Origin: the human T2T-CHM13v2.0 reference genome, Homo sapiens
Assembly: GCF_009914755.1 (NCBI RefSeq)
Contig: NC_060933.1
Reading direction: 5' to 3' (one strand)
Length of the DNA stretch: 64,000 nucleotides
Part shown: positions 46,710 through 64,000 of the stretch, one piece after another
Layout of the letters: each line of letters starts with the position of its first letter
How positions within the stretch are numbered: position 1 is the first letter of the stretch
Program-made: the position numbers and the translations under genes
The notes under the pieces: generated by a model
The model's database searches: none
Seen by the model: only the letters and a program-made list of their open reading frames with translations
Told to the model about the DNA's origin: nothing

Positions 46710-48560
46710 TCAGCTTGCTGCCTGGATTTATTTTAAGAGTATTTTGACAAGTGCCAGAGCTATGAAGTAATTAAGAGAATTACCCACTCGTTTTGCAAAT
46801 AAGAATACTAAGGGGTGACATGGTTGTCTGGCATGGACCAGGGTCAGAGGGAGGTGGAAACTGAAGCCAGACTCCAGGGCTCCTTACTGTTGTGCCCTCT
46901 CCACCACACAGCTCACCTTTTCTGAGTTGCAGGCATTTCAGAGCCAAATGTGAGTGAGTACTACTACATCAACCTCTGACTCTTGGAATATACCCTTGAG
47001 TTCAAAGCACCACTGGGTCACAATGTACCACACACAGAGAAGGGAACCAGGTGCTATGGAAATAATGCAGTGCCGAGTTCCTGACCTTGAACAGCTGACA
47101 GATCAGGTGAAAATTTCATTTAAATACAATTCTCACAAATATACAAGCCACAGGTGGTAGATTAGTGCACAGGAGCTGAAACATAGCGAACAAAAAGCTG
47201 TCTGTATACTGTAGAACTAAATGAGCAGGTCGTTTGCTATCCCTGAACCTTTAAACCTGCAAAAGGGAAGTACTGATTGCACCTGCTCCCAGCCCTGCTA
47301 AAATCAAGTACGAAGAGCCTTTATCTCACAGCCTTGCAGATCAACTGGGGCTTTCCATGTTCCAACTTGAGAGCCAGGAACAAACTACCTCCATCCTCAA
47401 TTCTGAGACAAAGGTCATGCAGATTGTGACAGTGTTTCTTCCTGAGGACTTAGGTTGGCTTTTTCTTACATGTAAGTGGCAAATATTCCAGCACTAACTG
47501 GAGCTAAATTGGAGAGGAATACAGGACTTGGCCACTAGTGATTATTCTAACTGGTGCAATTGATGGCCAGAGTACCACTGATGGAATGTGTTCAAGTACA
47601 AGGATCTATCAGGGCAGGTGATCCCATCACCCAGGGCACCGACCATCACTGTATTACTTTATATGCCAGTGTCAACATTGGAAACTGTCTCCTCATAGCA
47701 GGGAGATGAGATGGCGAGCGGTTCATCTCATGTGCTGACTCCAGGTGCTTCAGGGAGAAAGAACGCAAGGCTATTTTCGGATGGAGTGCAGTGATTGCTT
47801 AGTGATGCCTGCCACAGGTGTAGGAGAGTAAAAAGTGGGATGTGTGCTGACTGATTCAAACGGAAAGAACACTACCTTGTACATCAGGAAACCTGGCCTC
47901 TCCATCAGCTTTTGTGTTCTCGGCACTGCCTTCTATAGAAGGATTAGACCAGACAGGATGTTTTAAGGGAGGGCGTGCAGATATGTTTCAGAGGCCCATA
48001 TAATTTGCACAAATTGCACACTTTAGGCAGGTGTCCATTTATAAGTTTGCTAACAAAGTGTTCGTACTTTTTATCAGATTCTCTAAAAGGGCCTATAATC
48101 CAAAGAAAGTGAAGAATAACTAGCTTTTTTTTGCTTCCAACACTCCACGAACATTATCCCTGGGAAGCACTGCATATCTGGTACACGGCCTTGGGCACAA
48201 GTAGTGAAATAGGCACAGTCAGCCAGAAAGAGCTTTCAATCTAGGTATCAACCTGCCAGGAGCAAAAGGAGTGCATCCTACATGTGTCTCCAGCCCAGCT
48301 CAGAGGTGTCCACCCATCGCCTCGGCCCAAGCTTTCCTACATGGGGAGCAGAGATTCCTTCCCTGTCACTGGATCCTGACTGATTGCCAGCTAGGTCAAA
48401 ACCTTCTCGGCCAACATTTATCAAGTGAGGCCATTTATGGCTTTTTGTGTTTCAATCTATATGAGGGAAATATTTGCATTAAGGTTTCTTTAAGGATGAA
48501 TAATAAGACTGAGGTACTTCATTTCTGTCTAAATGCAATTCTTTAATTATGAGCCTAACT

Positions 48561-48779
48561 CAAGGTTTCTCAACCTTAGCACTGTATATGTTTTAGGCCA
48601 GATAAAACGTGACTGTGGGAAGCTGTCTTGTGGATTATAGGATGTTTAGCAGTGTCCCTGACCTCTACCCACTAGATGCCAGTAGCAGCCTCCTTGTAAG
48701 CCATGACAGACAAAAATGTCTCCAAACATTGCCAAAGGCCTACTGGGGACAAGACTGCCCCCACGTGAGAACCACTGGC
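48561..48779. mobile_element. MER20-like hAT DNA transposon
   Basis: TIRs ggtttctcaacc...tgagaaccactg; internal ctctacccactagatgccagtagc. Confidence 0.8.
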
Positions 48780-49205
48780 ATAGCTGAATAAGATTCCACA
48801 CACAAGTGACAATCACATTTCCCTTCTATTGACTGGCTGCTCATGTCCTCTACAGAGACGTGTACTTGGGGCTTCATGTTTTCAGTTGTATGTGGTTATA
48901 AAGTTAGTAGGAAGATATTACGGCAGGTGGACAATGTTTTGGAGGAACATGGAAATGCCGAAGAACGCAATGCACGTGAGGCAACTGATTCTCCCAGGTT
49001 GCTGGTGACCACACAGATGGCTCAAATCCTTTCAGAATGCAATTTGACAATTCACACCCAGCAACAAGCTAAACTACAGATGAGCCTTTTAGAAGGAAAT
49101 AATCCAAAATGGTAATTTTTAAGACAATTAGGAGCTATACGGATGTTTTAAATATAATGCAAGTAATGTAATTTTTTAAATTTAAAAATTAAAAAATAAG
49201 AGGCT

Positions 49206-50276
<1,071 letters not shown>

Positions 50277-51005
50277 TTAAATTTTTTTGATGATGACTGC
50301 AATTAAGTAAACATTCATGTGAACTTGGGCATGGACTGGAGAGAGGTAAGTCAAAGGGAAAAGGACAGTCATGAGGGCTGGGCCATGGGTGGTTGGTTCT
50401 CTCTGAATCCCAAACTTCCCACACGTTAGCTATATTGTTTTTATGAGGAAAAAATAAACACAACTTTATCCTCTGGCTTGCAAACTGGCTTTTACTATCT
50501 TCCTGCGGGGCTTAGCTCACTTTTTAATAGTTTAATATTGCTTGGTTTTGATTATCAAAGTATTCCATTCTCACTGTAAAAATTGGGAAAATCACTGAAA
50601 AGTCTGAAGAAAACAATGTCCACAATGTGATCGCCAGGCAATAAACTATTACTATATCAATATTTTGCCAAAATGTCTTTTAGTCAACGAATTTGATTTA
50701 GCTCACGCATGAGCACCTATGAAACACATTTTTAAAGCTTTATGTTGTTGACTTAACCAGTACACCTGTGCCTTACAGAGTTTTAAGTTACATTTTAAGG
50801 CATGCTGAGAAATTCATTTCCTGCTGAGAGCTGGCCTCCTTGTGCATTTGTGTAGGACATGAATCCTAGAGGGGCCCGTGCCTTTCTCAGAGTCCCGCAC
50901 GGAGCAGAAGGTGCATGCTCTATCGGAGGTTACATCTCAGCTTAATCCCCGCCTCCCAGGTGCCGTGCACCCTGCACTGTGGCACGCGCTCTGAGGTGTA
51001 CTCAC

Positions 51006-51108
51006 AGGTCGTAGGAGAACTTCCTCTCCAGGTTGGTCTGGTTCTTCTGAAACTGGAGGACATCCTGCTGCAGCCTGCCGTAATTCCTCTGCAGGGTCTT
51101 TAACTGGT
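51006..51108 (-). CDS. GOLM1: GOLM1 exon, DQLKTLQRNYGRLQQDVLQFQKNQTNLERKFSYD(L) (coiled coil)
   Basis: ggtgtag|AC...CT|gtgagt; 103 bp; sequon NQT. Confidence 0.96.
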
Positions 51109-52417
51109 CTACACCAAGGGGACAAGGAATTGCACAGGTCACCGGCACAGCTGTCATGCCATTCAGCCAAAATATGACAGAGGCAGACTCACACATCAGA
51201 CCATAAAGGGCAAGGACAGATTGGGACAAAGGAGGGGAGAGAGAAAAAGCTGAAAACACAGTCCCTCCCCAGAGTCACTAAACCCCAGCTGTGGAGAGTG
51301 CTCTGCAAGAGCAGCAAGCCGAAAGAAGCTGCGTCTTGATCCTTTCCCAAATGTCTCTCTTAAATCTCCTTTTTGGCCGCTAGCCTTTAATGTATATTGG
51401 AAGCTTCTGTGTGCCTGTCTCTTTTGTAGACATCATAAGCCCCGAGCTGTCCCCAAAGGTCACACACACCACCCTGCCCTCATCCCTGGCCGACTCATCC
51501 TTCCATCTGTAAAACACTGATTTTTGATGTTTGGTCAGATAAGCAGCCACTCCTGCTGGACACCCTGCCCTCGGCCACCAGGCTACCTGCCAGCATCCTC
51601 CCTCGTCATTTATTCACAGCCAAGCCACTCTCCAAGGCCCTGTGCCCATTTAATCAACCAACACTCTCATCAGGGAAAGAGCGGCTTTCTTTAAGGAAAT
51701 TAATCAGCCCCATCCCTGCTGCCCTGATGACTTGGCTCATAAAAGAGCCCTAGCGGACAAAGGGCCAAGCTGGGGCAGAGGGGAAGGCAGCCACCAGGCG
51801 GATACCACAGTGGGCGGCAGCAGCAGCCAGGCCCGGACACAGCCAGGACAGACAGGCCAGGACAGATGCAGGCATCCCCAAGGTGGGCCCTCACAACACT
51901 AGACCTACAATAGTCTCAGGTGGAAAATAAAGTGAAATAAAATGGAAGCGTTCCGTGAATTACGATACACACAACACGGACTCATCCCAAAAGCACACAC
52001 GTGACACCCTCAAGAGACAAAGCTGTGGCGAAGAGAACAGCTGGGTGGGTGCTGGGCCTAGACAGAGAGGGGACTGGTGACTTCGCAGGGCATGGGTGGG
52101 GGGTCCTGGAGCGGTGGGCAGCTGCCATGTTGACTGCAGTGGTGATCTGCGAGACTATTTGTCAGGACTTATCCAACTGTACCCACGAGGGGTAAATGTT
52201 CTTGTATATAAACGATACTTTAATATGCGTAACTGAACACACCCCACAATCCAACTAGGCAAGAGATAACGGAATACAACTCAGCAGTCAAAGAAATGAA
52301 TGACTTGTATCACAGTGACATGGACGAATCGCAAATAACTATGCTGAGAGAGAAAAGGCAGGCAAAAAATGATAACAGATGGTCTGATTCCATCTGTATG
52401 CATGTACCCAATTATTA

Positions 52418-56090
<3,673 letters not shown>

Positions 56091-57072
56091 TTATTAAAAA
56101 TGCAAACTAGTCTACATGGCAGACCAGAGGCTGCCTGAGGGAAGTGGATCACCACGGCGCACAAGCAAGCTTTTGGGGGTGATGAATATGCTCCCTGTGT
56201 TGACTCTGGTGGAGTTACTTGACATGTATGCTCTATCAAAACCGCTGTCAAACTGAACCTTTATGTGAGACCCCCCAACTCCCACCCCCGCAGCCAGGCA
56301 GCCTCTTCAACTTTGTGGGAAACGTAGGGTTACACAAACACATTTCACAAAGTGACCCCTTTTCACATAAGACTTTTTAATATTCTTAGAACCTGACTTA
56401 GAACTAGAATTCGAAACCAGCAATGACCAAAAGAATTATAATGCAAGTCATATAAGGAATTTTTAACTTCCCAGTAACCACATTTTTAGAGTAAAAATTA
56501 TTCAACCCAACAGATGATTTAGCCCAGTAGCATGGACCCTGCTGACCCTCCTGTCACTCCTGTCACAGTGGAAGGAGCCCCCGACAAAGGACAGCACCCC
56601 ATTTCCTGCTCTGTGGCTGCTTCAGAAGGACTCAAAGGAAGACCAATCCCCAGCTGCCAAGTTGAGTCAGAGCGGCAAAGAGGGGGAATTAAATTGGGCT
56701 GGACAGTTTTTCTAAGTTTCATGCAGACAATCTAAATTCAGCATGACCAAATTAACAGGTCACATGTATACCATATGTATATATAACAGAACATGTACCT
56801 ATCATAAATACTATCTCTTAACACATTCATGAGTGACACTCTTAACTCTTCTGTACCTAACAGCTTGCAATGTATTTGGCAATATTTTTTTTTAAAAGGA
56901 AAAGCCTCTTAAGGAGATAGACTTAGGCAAAAAGAATAAAGATTGCTCAATGACTCATGACACTATCCGCCATGAGATTATAATGGAGACCCACCTGGGC
57001 CTAGAGAAGGAGAGAAAGGGAGTTTCCTCCTCAAAGGCCAGTGCCTGGTGTGGAGGAGCGAGCGGAACTTAC

Positions 57073-57127
57073 CTTGCAGCACTCGGATGAGCCTCTCACC
57101 TGTGGTGATGTTATTCACCAAAACCGC
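57073..57127 (-). CDS. GOLM1: GOLM1 coding exon (first in window), AVLVNNITTGERLIRVLQ
   Basis: Minus strand ttgcag|GCG...CAAG|gtaagt; 55 bp; N-glycosylation sequon NIT. Confidence 0.96.
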
Positions 57128-57478
57128 CTGCAACGAAGATAAACTCGCATGAAACACCCAAACCAACACCTCAGCCTGACAGCCAGATGTGATACAAACC
57201 AAGGATGGGGCCTGTCCCCAACCCAGCGCTGCTGTCAGGGAAGGAGCTCGCACTCAGCGCTCAGGCTGGGCCCTCCCATGTCTGCTGCTGAAAAGGAACA
57301 GGCCGACCTAGAGATCCGCTCCCCACCACCGCCTCTGGACCCGAGCAAAAGCCAACGGGTCCAGACCCCACTCCAGCCCAGGAAACGCTGCTCCTCCAGG
57401 AAAGGGCCAGCCAGGCCCTCCTTCCTCCTGCCCGACACAGCAGAGGCTCTGGGCACCCAGAGGGCTAATCAGCAACCT

Positions 57479-59570
57479 CACACCGCACCACACCACACAG
57501 CACTCCACACCAAACCACACCACGACACACCAAACCACACCACACACACCACTCCACACAACACCACGCCATATGACTCCACACACCACCAGACCACACC
57601 ACACACCACTCTACACGACACTACACCATGCCACAACTCCACACCACACACACCACACCACACACCACACCAAACCACACACCACTCCACAGATTCACAC
57701 CAAACCACACACCACACCCACTCCACACCAAACCACACACATCACACCACTCCACACCACACACATACCACGCCATATGACTCCACACCACAACGCCAGA
57801 CCACACCACACACCATTCCACACCACACACCACACCAAACCACAGCAGGCCACACACCACACTACACCACGCCACAACTCCACACCACGTACCACTCCAC
57901 ACCACACACACCAAACCACACATCAGTCCACACCACACACTTCACACCAAACCACACCACACCACACACCATTCCATACCAAACCACATCACACCACACC
58001 ACTCCATACCACACACATCACATACCACACTACACACTGCTCCACACAACACACCACTCCACACCAAACCACACCATTCCACACCATGCCACACACCACA
58101 CACACACTCCACACCAAACCACACACAACCACTCCACACACACATCACACACCACACACCACTCCACACACACACACACCACACATCACACACACCATTC
58201 CACCACACAACACACCACACATCACTCCACAAAACACCACACACACCATGCCACACCACTCCACACACAGCACACCACTCCACACACAGCACACCACTCC
58301 ACACACACCACACACCACTCCACACGCCACAGCACACCACACATCACACCACACACTACCACACCACACACCACTCCACACCACATACCACTCCACACCA
58401 AAACATACCACACCACGCCACACCACTCCACACAACGTGCCACACACCAGTCCACACCAAACCACACACCACACACCACACATCACTCCACACCCCAAAC
58501 ACACCACACACCACTCCACACACACCACACACCACTCCACACCAAACCACACCACTCCACACCAAACCACACCATGACACACCAAACCACACCACACACA
58601 TCACACCACACCACACCATGCCATATGACTCCACACACCAGACCACACCACATACCACTCCACACCACACCCCACTCCACACACCATGCCACACACACTA
58701 CACCACACACACCACACACACCAAACCACACCACACCACTCCACACACTTCACACCAAACCACACACCCCACCACACACACTCCACACCAAACCACATCA
58801 CACCACACCACTCCACACCATACACATCACATACCACACCACACACTGCTCCACACAACACATCGCACCACTCCACACCAAACCACACACCATGCCGCAC
58901 CACTCCATATGACACACACCACGGCACACACCACATACCACACTCCACACCAAACCACACCACACCATATACCACACCACACCACACACCACCACTTCAC
59001 ACCAAACACACACTACACACACACACATCACACACACCACACACCACACCACTCCACACACACATCACACACCACAGCAAACATCACTACAAAACACACA
59101 CCACACCATGCTACACCACTCCACACACGGCACACCACTCCACACACACCACACACCATTCCAAACCATGCTACACACCACACACTACCACACCACACAC
59201 TCCACACCAGAACACACACCATGCCACACCACTCCACACAACACGCCACACACCATTCCACACCAAACCACACCCCACACACTCCACACCACACACAACC
59301 ACTCCATACCAAACCACACACCATACCACACTCCACACTCCACACCACACACACCACACACATCACATACCCCACCGCATCACAGACTGCTCCACTCCAC
59401 ACACACCACACACTACTGCACACACCACACCAAACCATACACATCACATACCGCTCCACACAACACCATACACCACACATCACACACCAAACCAAACCAC
59501 ACCACACCACACCACTCTACACCACACCAGCTCACAACTGCACAACTCTGCACCACTCCACTCCACACCA
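57479..59570. repeat. ~2.1 kb degenerate (CACAC/CACCA/CACTC)n tandem repeat
   Basis: Direct reading; almost entirely C/A on the + strand. Confidence 0.95.
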
Positions 59571-59930
59571 GCCCAGGTCTCCCTGCCTCAGAGCTCAAAC
59601 TCCAAATTCCAGGCTGACTAAAAAAGAAAAGGGAATGCAGTGGCCATTCCACTAACAAGACCTCTCGATGCACTTTAACTTCTGGCCTCCTTCTCCTGTC
59701 CACAGAGTCTATAAGCTTAGGAACTGGAGGGTTTCACACACAGTCTCACCATGCTGGGAAAGTCAACAGTAGAGGAGGACAGAAGCCACACAGAATCCAG
59801 ATAACAACGACAAAGTGAAAAGTAGGAAGAATGAGTGTCAAGCTCAATGTAACAACTGGCCAGTATGCCCTGACAAGTCACTTTATGCCAGGAGCTCTTC
59901 TAAGCACCCCACATCTACTCACTCATTGAC

Positions 59931-60226
<296 letters not shown>

Positions 60227-61064
60227 TTATCACATTTTAGGAAAAGGGAAACGGAGGCACTGGCTGCTTAAATGGCTCATGGTCACCCGCCTACTAAGAG
60301 GCAAAGCCAAACTCCAGCTCCAACAAGTGTGCTCCAGAGAGCAAGTTCTTCAAAGCTACTTGCCAAATTGCTACAAACCCAAGCAGGACACCAACGTAGT
60401 AGGCTGTACCTAATGTTAAAAACAAACAAAAGCCTGAAAAAAGCAGGGAACAGAATATTAAATATCAGAGTGCACTGCACAGGTAAATGCCATCTCACAG
60501 ACAGACACATACAGCATGTATGTGTGCTGGGCCACAATGCAAACATTTCTTACTGTGTCATCATCCACAAAGTTTGCAAATAATCCATTACTTGACATGC
60601 TGCCCATAACGTGGAGACACATTTGTGTCCCATTCCTGCTTAGTGGTGGACGATGGCAAGCACAGTGCCTCTTCCTCCTCTGGGACCTTTCTATGCAACC
60701 ATCCTGTTTTCTCAGGCCTGGACAGAAACAAGGCTTAGGCAAACAACAGCCTTTTGGAGTAAGGTGTTTATGAACACAGGGATGCATGCCCACAAATGAA
60801 ATCGCATCAAACAAATCTGGTATTTGGGAGCTCTGAGGATATGGAACATTTCCTGGGGCAACAGGAGAGAAGTTATGGCGATAATACCTGTAAAAGTCAT
60901 CCCTCAGGGAAAGATAATCCGAAGGGGTGTGTACAGGTATGCTGTACATCAGGGATTTTGCGGGGAGAGAGACTAGGAAATTAAAGGAGGATCCACACAG
61001 TAGGAATCAGATTTACGCAGCACCTGCTACTCTTGGAAACAGCTCGCTCTGCGTGAAAAGCGAA

Positions 61065-61570
61065 AAGATTACCATATGATCCCACAACCCCACTTGTGGG
61101 TATGAACCCAGAAGCATTTAAAGCAGGATCCCTAAGAGATGTCTGCACTCTCATGTTCGCTGCAGCATCACTCACAGTTACCAAGAGGCGAATGCAACCC
61201 AGGGGGTCACAGATGAATGAATGGATAAGCAAAATGTGGCATACACATACAATGAAATATTATGCTACCTTTACAAAGAAGGAAATACGGACACATACTA
61301 CAACATGGATGAATGCAGACAACATTACACTAAGTGAAAACATAAGCCAGTCACAGAAGGACAAATGCTGTAGGATTCCATTCATATGAAGTACCTAAAG
61401 TCATCAAAACCACAGAAACAAAATAGAAAGGTGGCTGTCCAGGGATAGGAGAGGGGGGAGGGAAATTGGTGTTTAGTGAGCATCGAGACCCAGGGTTGCA
61501 GAATTAATTTCTAGAGATCTGTTGCACAACAGCGTGAATATCCTTCACATCACTGATCTGTACACTGAAA
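61065..61570 (+). mobile_element. L1MA-like 3' fragment
   Basis: cagatgaatgaatggataagcaaaatgtggc...aagccagtcacagaaggacaaat. Confidence 0.75.
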
Positions 61571-62149
61571 TTTCCACCTTGCATCGGTGTGAAAACCATG
61601 TTTCCTCTGGAAATCAGAGTGAAAACCGAACAGTAAAAAAAACAAAAACAAACCAAAAACACTTAAATTATTACACAGTGTTTACCCCCAGAGTTGATCT
61701 CCTGGGTAAATAATATCTTTCACATCTCCTGGGTAAATAATTTCTATGAAAATTATGGCAATTTGATGTGTCCTTTTCTGTCCATTCCCCTTAGCTCCCC
61801 TCCCGACCCAAATCACATTAGTGCTTACAACTATTTGAGGGTTCAGATACTACTGCAATTTGAAATATCTAAAGATACTTCTGTCTCCATGTGACTTTAT
61901 TCTTCCAAAAAAATATATTTTTGTTATCTTCCCCTATCTACTTACTTATGCATGGAAAAATACAGCCTCCACTTAGGAAAATAAAAAAAGGATCATAAAA
62001 TGCCATCAAGATCTTTTATATATAATTTTATATTTATAGAAATTTTGTTGAATCATTTTCAGGGAAACTACGAAAATGCTTCTTAGCTTCTTTCAGGGTT
62101 CAACATATTATAAAGAAGAAAAAACCCTGAGTTCGACAAAATGATTTTT

Positions 62150-62628
<479 letters not shown>

Positions 62629-63840
62629 ATAATTCAACAAAATTGTTCTTAAATGAATTATATATTCTACTCTAAACAGCCAGGTTGTTTTTCACATTTT
62701 GGTGCAGAGGGACTTTAGGGGTAGCTGTACTTCCTGGTGTTTGTAAGCTGTCCCCTAAAAACACAGACAAGGAGGCAATAAGCGCCACCAGAAATTAACT
62801 GGAAACTAAACCTCAAAGAATCTGGGTGAATTACCCATGTACAAATTTATTATGACCATTCCATTCTGGGAAACAAGTATATTTGGATCAAACTTTTTCT
62901 GTATTAGATTCCTAGAAAAATAAGCTCAATATTTCATAAGTTTTCAAAGCAACAAATCTACAATAAAGTATCACATTATGAAAGCTCAATAAGATGTAGT
63001 GACTAATTTTAAAAATACTAATATTTGAAACACTCACTTGGAAGAAGGATGCTGATCACACTGTAAAAAGTAGAAGGTGACTTTTTTTTTTTGAGTGAAA
63101 CAGGAGTGCTTTATGGTCTGAGAGGAGTGTTTGGGAGGAGTGCCTCCCGGCTCCCACCTGTGGGCTCACCCGAGCGGGGGTGCAGCTGAGGCCACTGTGG
63201 GAAACAGAACCCCCCACTCCCAGGAGAGGCCTCACATGCTGCCTTCGGTTTCTTGTCAGCCTTGCCTAGCGTGGGGCCTGGGCCACCCTTTAGGGTGGGT
63301 CTGCACACCGTGTGCAGGGCTCCCGGCTGGAAGCGGAGCCATAGGCATGCTGCGGCCCTGGGTGAGCGTGGAGGGCAAGAAGGTGCTGGGGCAGTGCGCA
63401 CCCCACAGCCAAGCAGGGCCCTCCTGGGCCTCAGTCACATCCCTGAGAAACACTGGAGACTGGCGGCTCTGTCCCGAGAGGGCCAGGGTGTCCACCGAGC
63501 CTGGCTGAAGCCAGCTGTCCCCTCCAGAAGGTGACTTAACTACTGTATTTCTTTGGCTCATTAAAATAACCAACCTGCTTTGAGGGCGTGAGTCCACCTT
63601 AACTTTCAGCCTTAAAAAGGACCCTTATCTAATCCAAGTCAACCCTCTGCAATCAGATGCCTGGAAAACTTCTTTGTACTGAAATTCCTGTTACTGCTTC
63701 AGAGTTACTCCTGTTACTACCTTAGAATGAAAAAGTTAATCTTAGTAACCTAGGAATGACATAAGAATGAAGGGAAGAATATCAAGTATTCATTGGAATC
63801 TTTTTACCTCTTAGCAATTTCAAAATGGTGCTATCCAAAA

Positions 63841-63930
63841 CAGTGCTATTCAATAGAAATAAAATGTCAGCTGTACCCGGAAATTAAAAATTTTCTAATA
63901 GCCACATTGAATTAAGTAAAAAGAAACAGG
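63841..63930. mobile_element. MER33/MER3-like fragment, followed by L1M sequence to the window end
   Basis: cagtgctattcaatagaaataaaatg...ttttctaatagccacatt. Confidence 0.55.
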
Positions 63931-64000
63931 TTGGGCAAAAGATTTGCAAAGACATCTCCCTAAAGTAGACATAAATGGCCAATATGTACATGAAAGATGC

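Noticed and set aside
57149-59655. 587-aa and other long His/Thr/Pro or Val/Cys/Trp/Gly ORFs
   Set aside because: Several frames on both strands are open because the C/A repeat rarely forms stop codons; no domain; antisense/intronic to GOLM1
63100-63530. GC-rich patch with ORFs on both strands, possible CpG island or promoter
   Set aside because: Short, modest CpG density, no recognisable protein; could be an enhancer but no sequence evidence

Overview
Human (primate) genomic DNA, not prokaryotic. The exon translations identify the NAA35 (MAK10)/GOLM1 (GP73) locus (chr9q21.33, from memory). The + strand carries the last 12 coding exons of NAA35 (926..26487). They splice in phase to a ~433-aa C-terminal part ending ...HKYFPVVKLV*, with AATAAA at 26801. 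The - strand carries the last 7 coding exons of GOLM1 (57127..32344), giving 298 aa ending ...REKRNHTL*, plus a ~1.67 kb 3'UTR. The genes are convergent with only ~3.9 kb between their 3' ends. The rest is intronic: about 35 Alu copies or fragments, two TSD-bounded L1PA insertions, older L1M/L2 pieces, two solo LTRs, MER DNA transposons and a 2.1 kb (CACAC/CACCA)-type degenerate tandem repeat. Nearly all ORFs in the supplied track are Alu, L1 or simple-repeat artefacts. I see no new protein-coding system. The most unusual signals are small-scale: a fold-back Alu hairpin between the two 3' ends, a 27-nt 7SL/Alu-antisense micro-insert in the GOLM1 3'UTR, a templated ~62-bp duplication around two NAA35 exons, candidate cryptic exons, and a layout favouring read-through/antisense overlap. 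Repeat subfamily names and boundaries are by-eye estimates.
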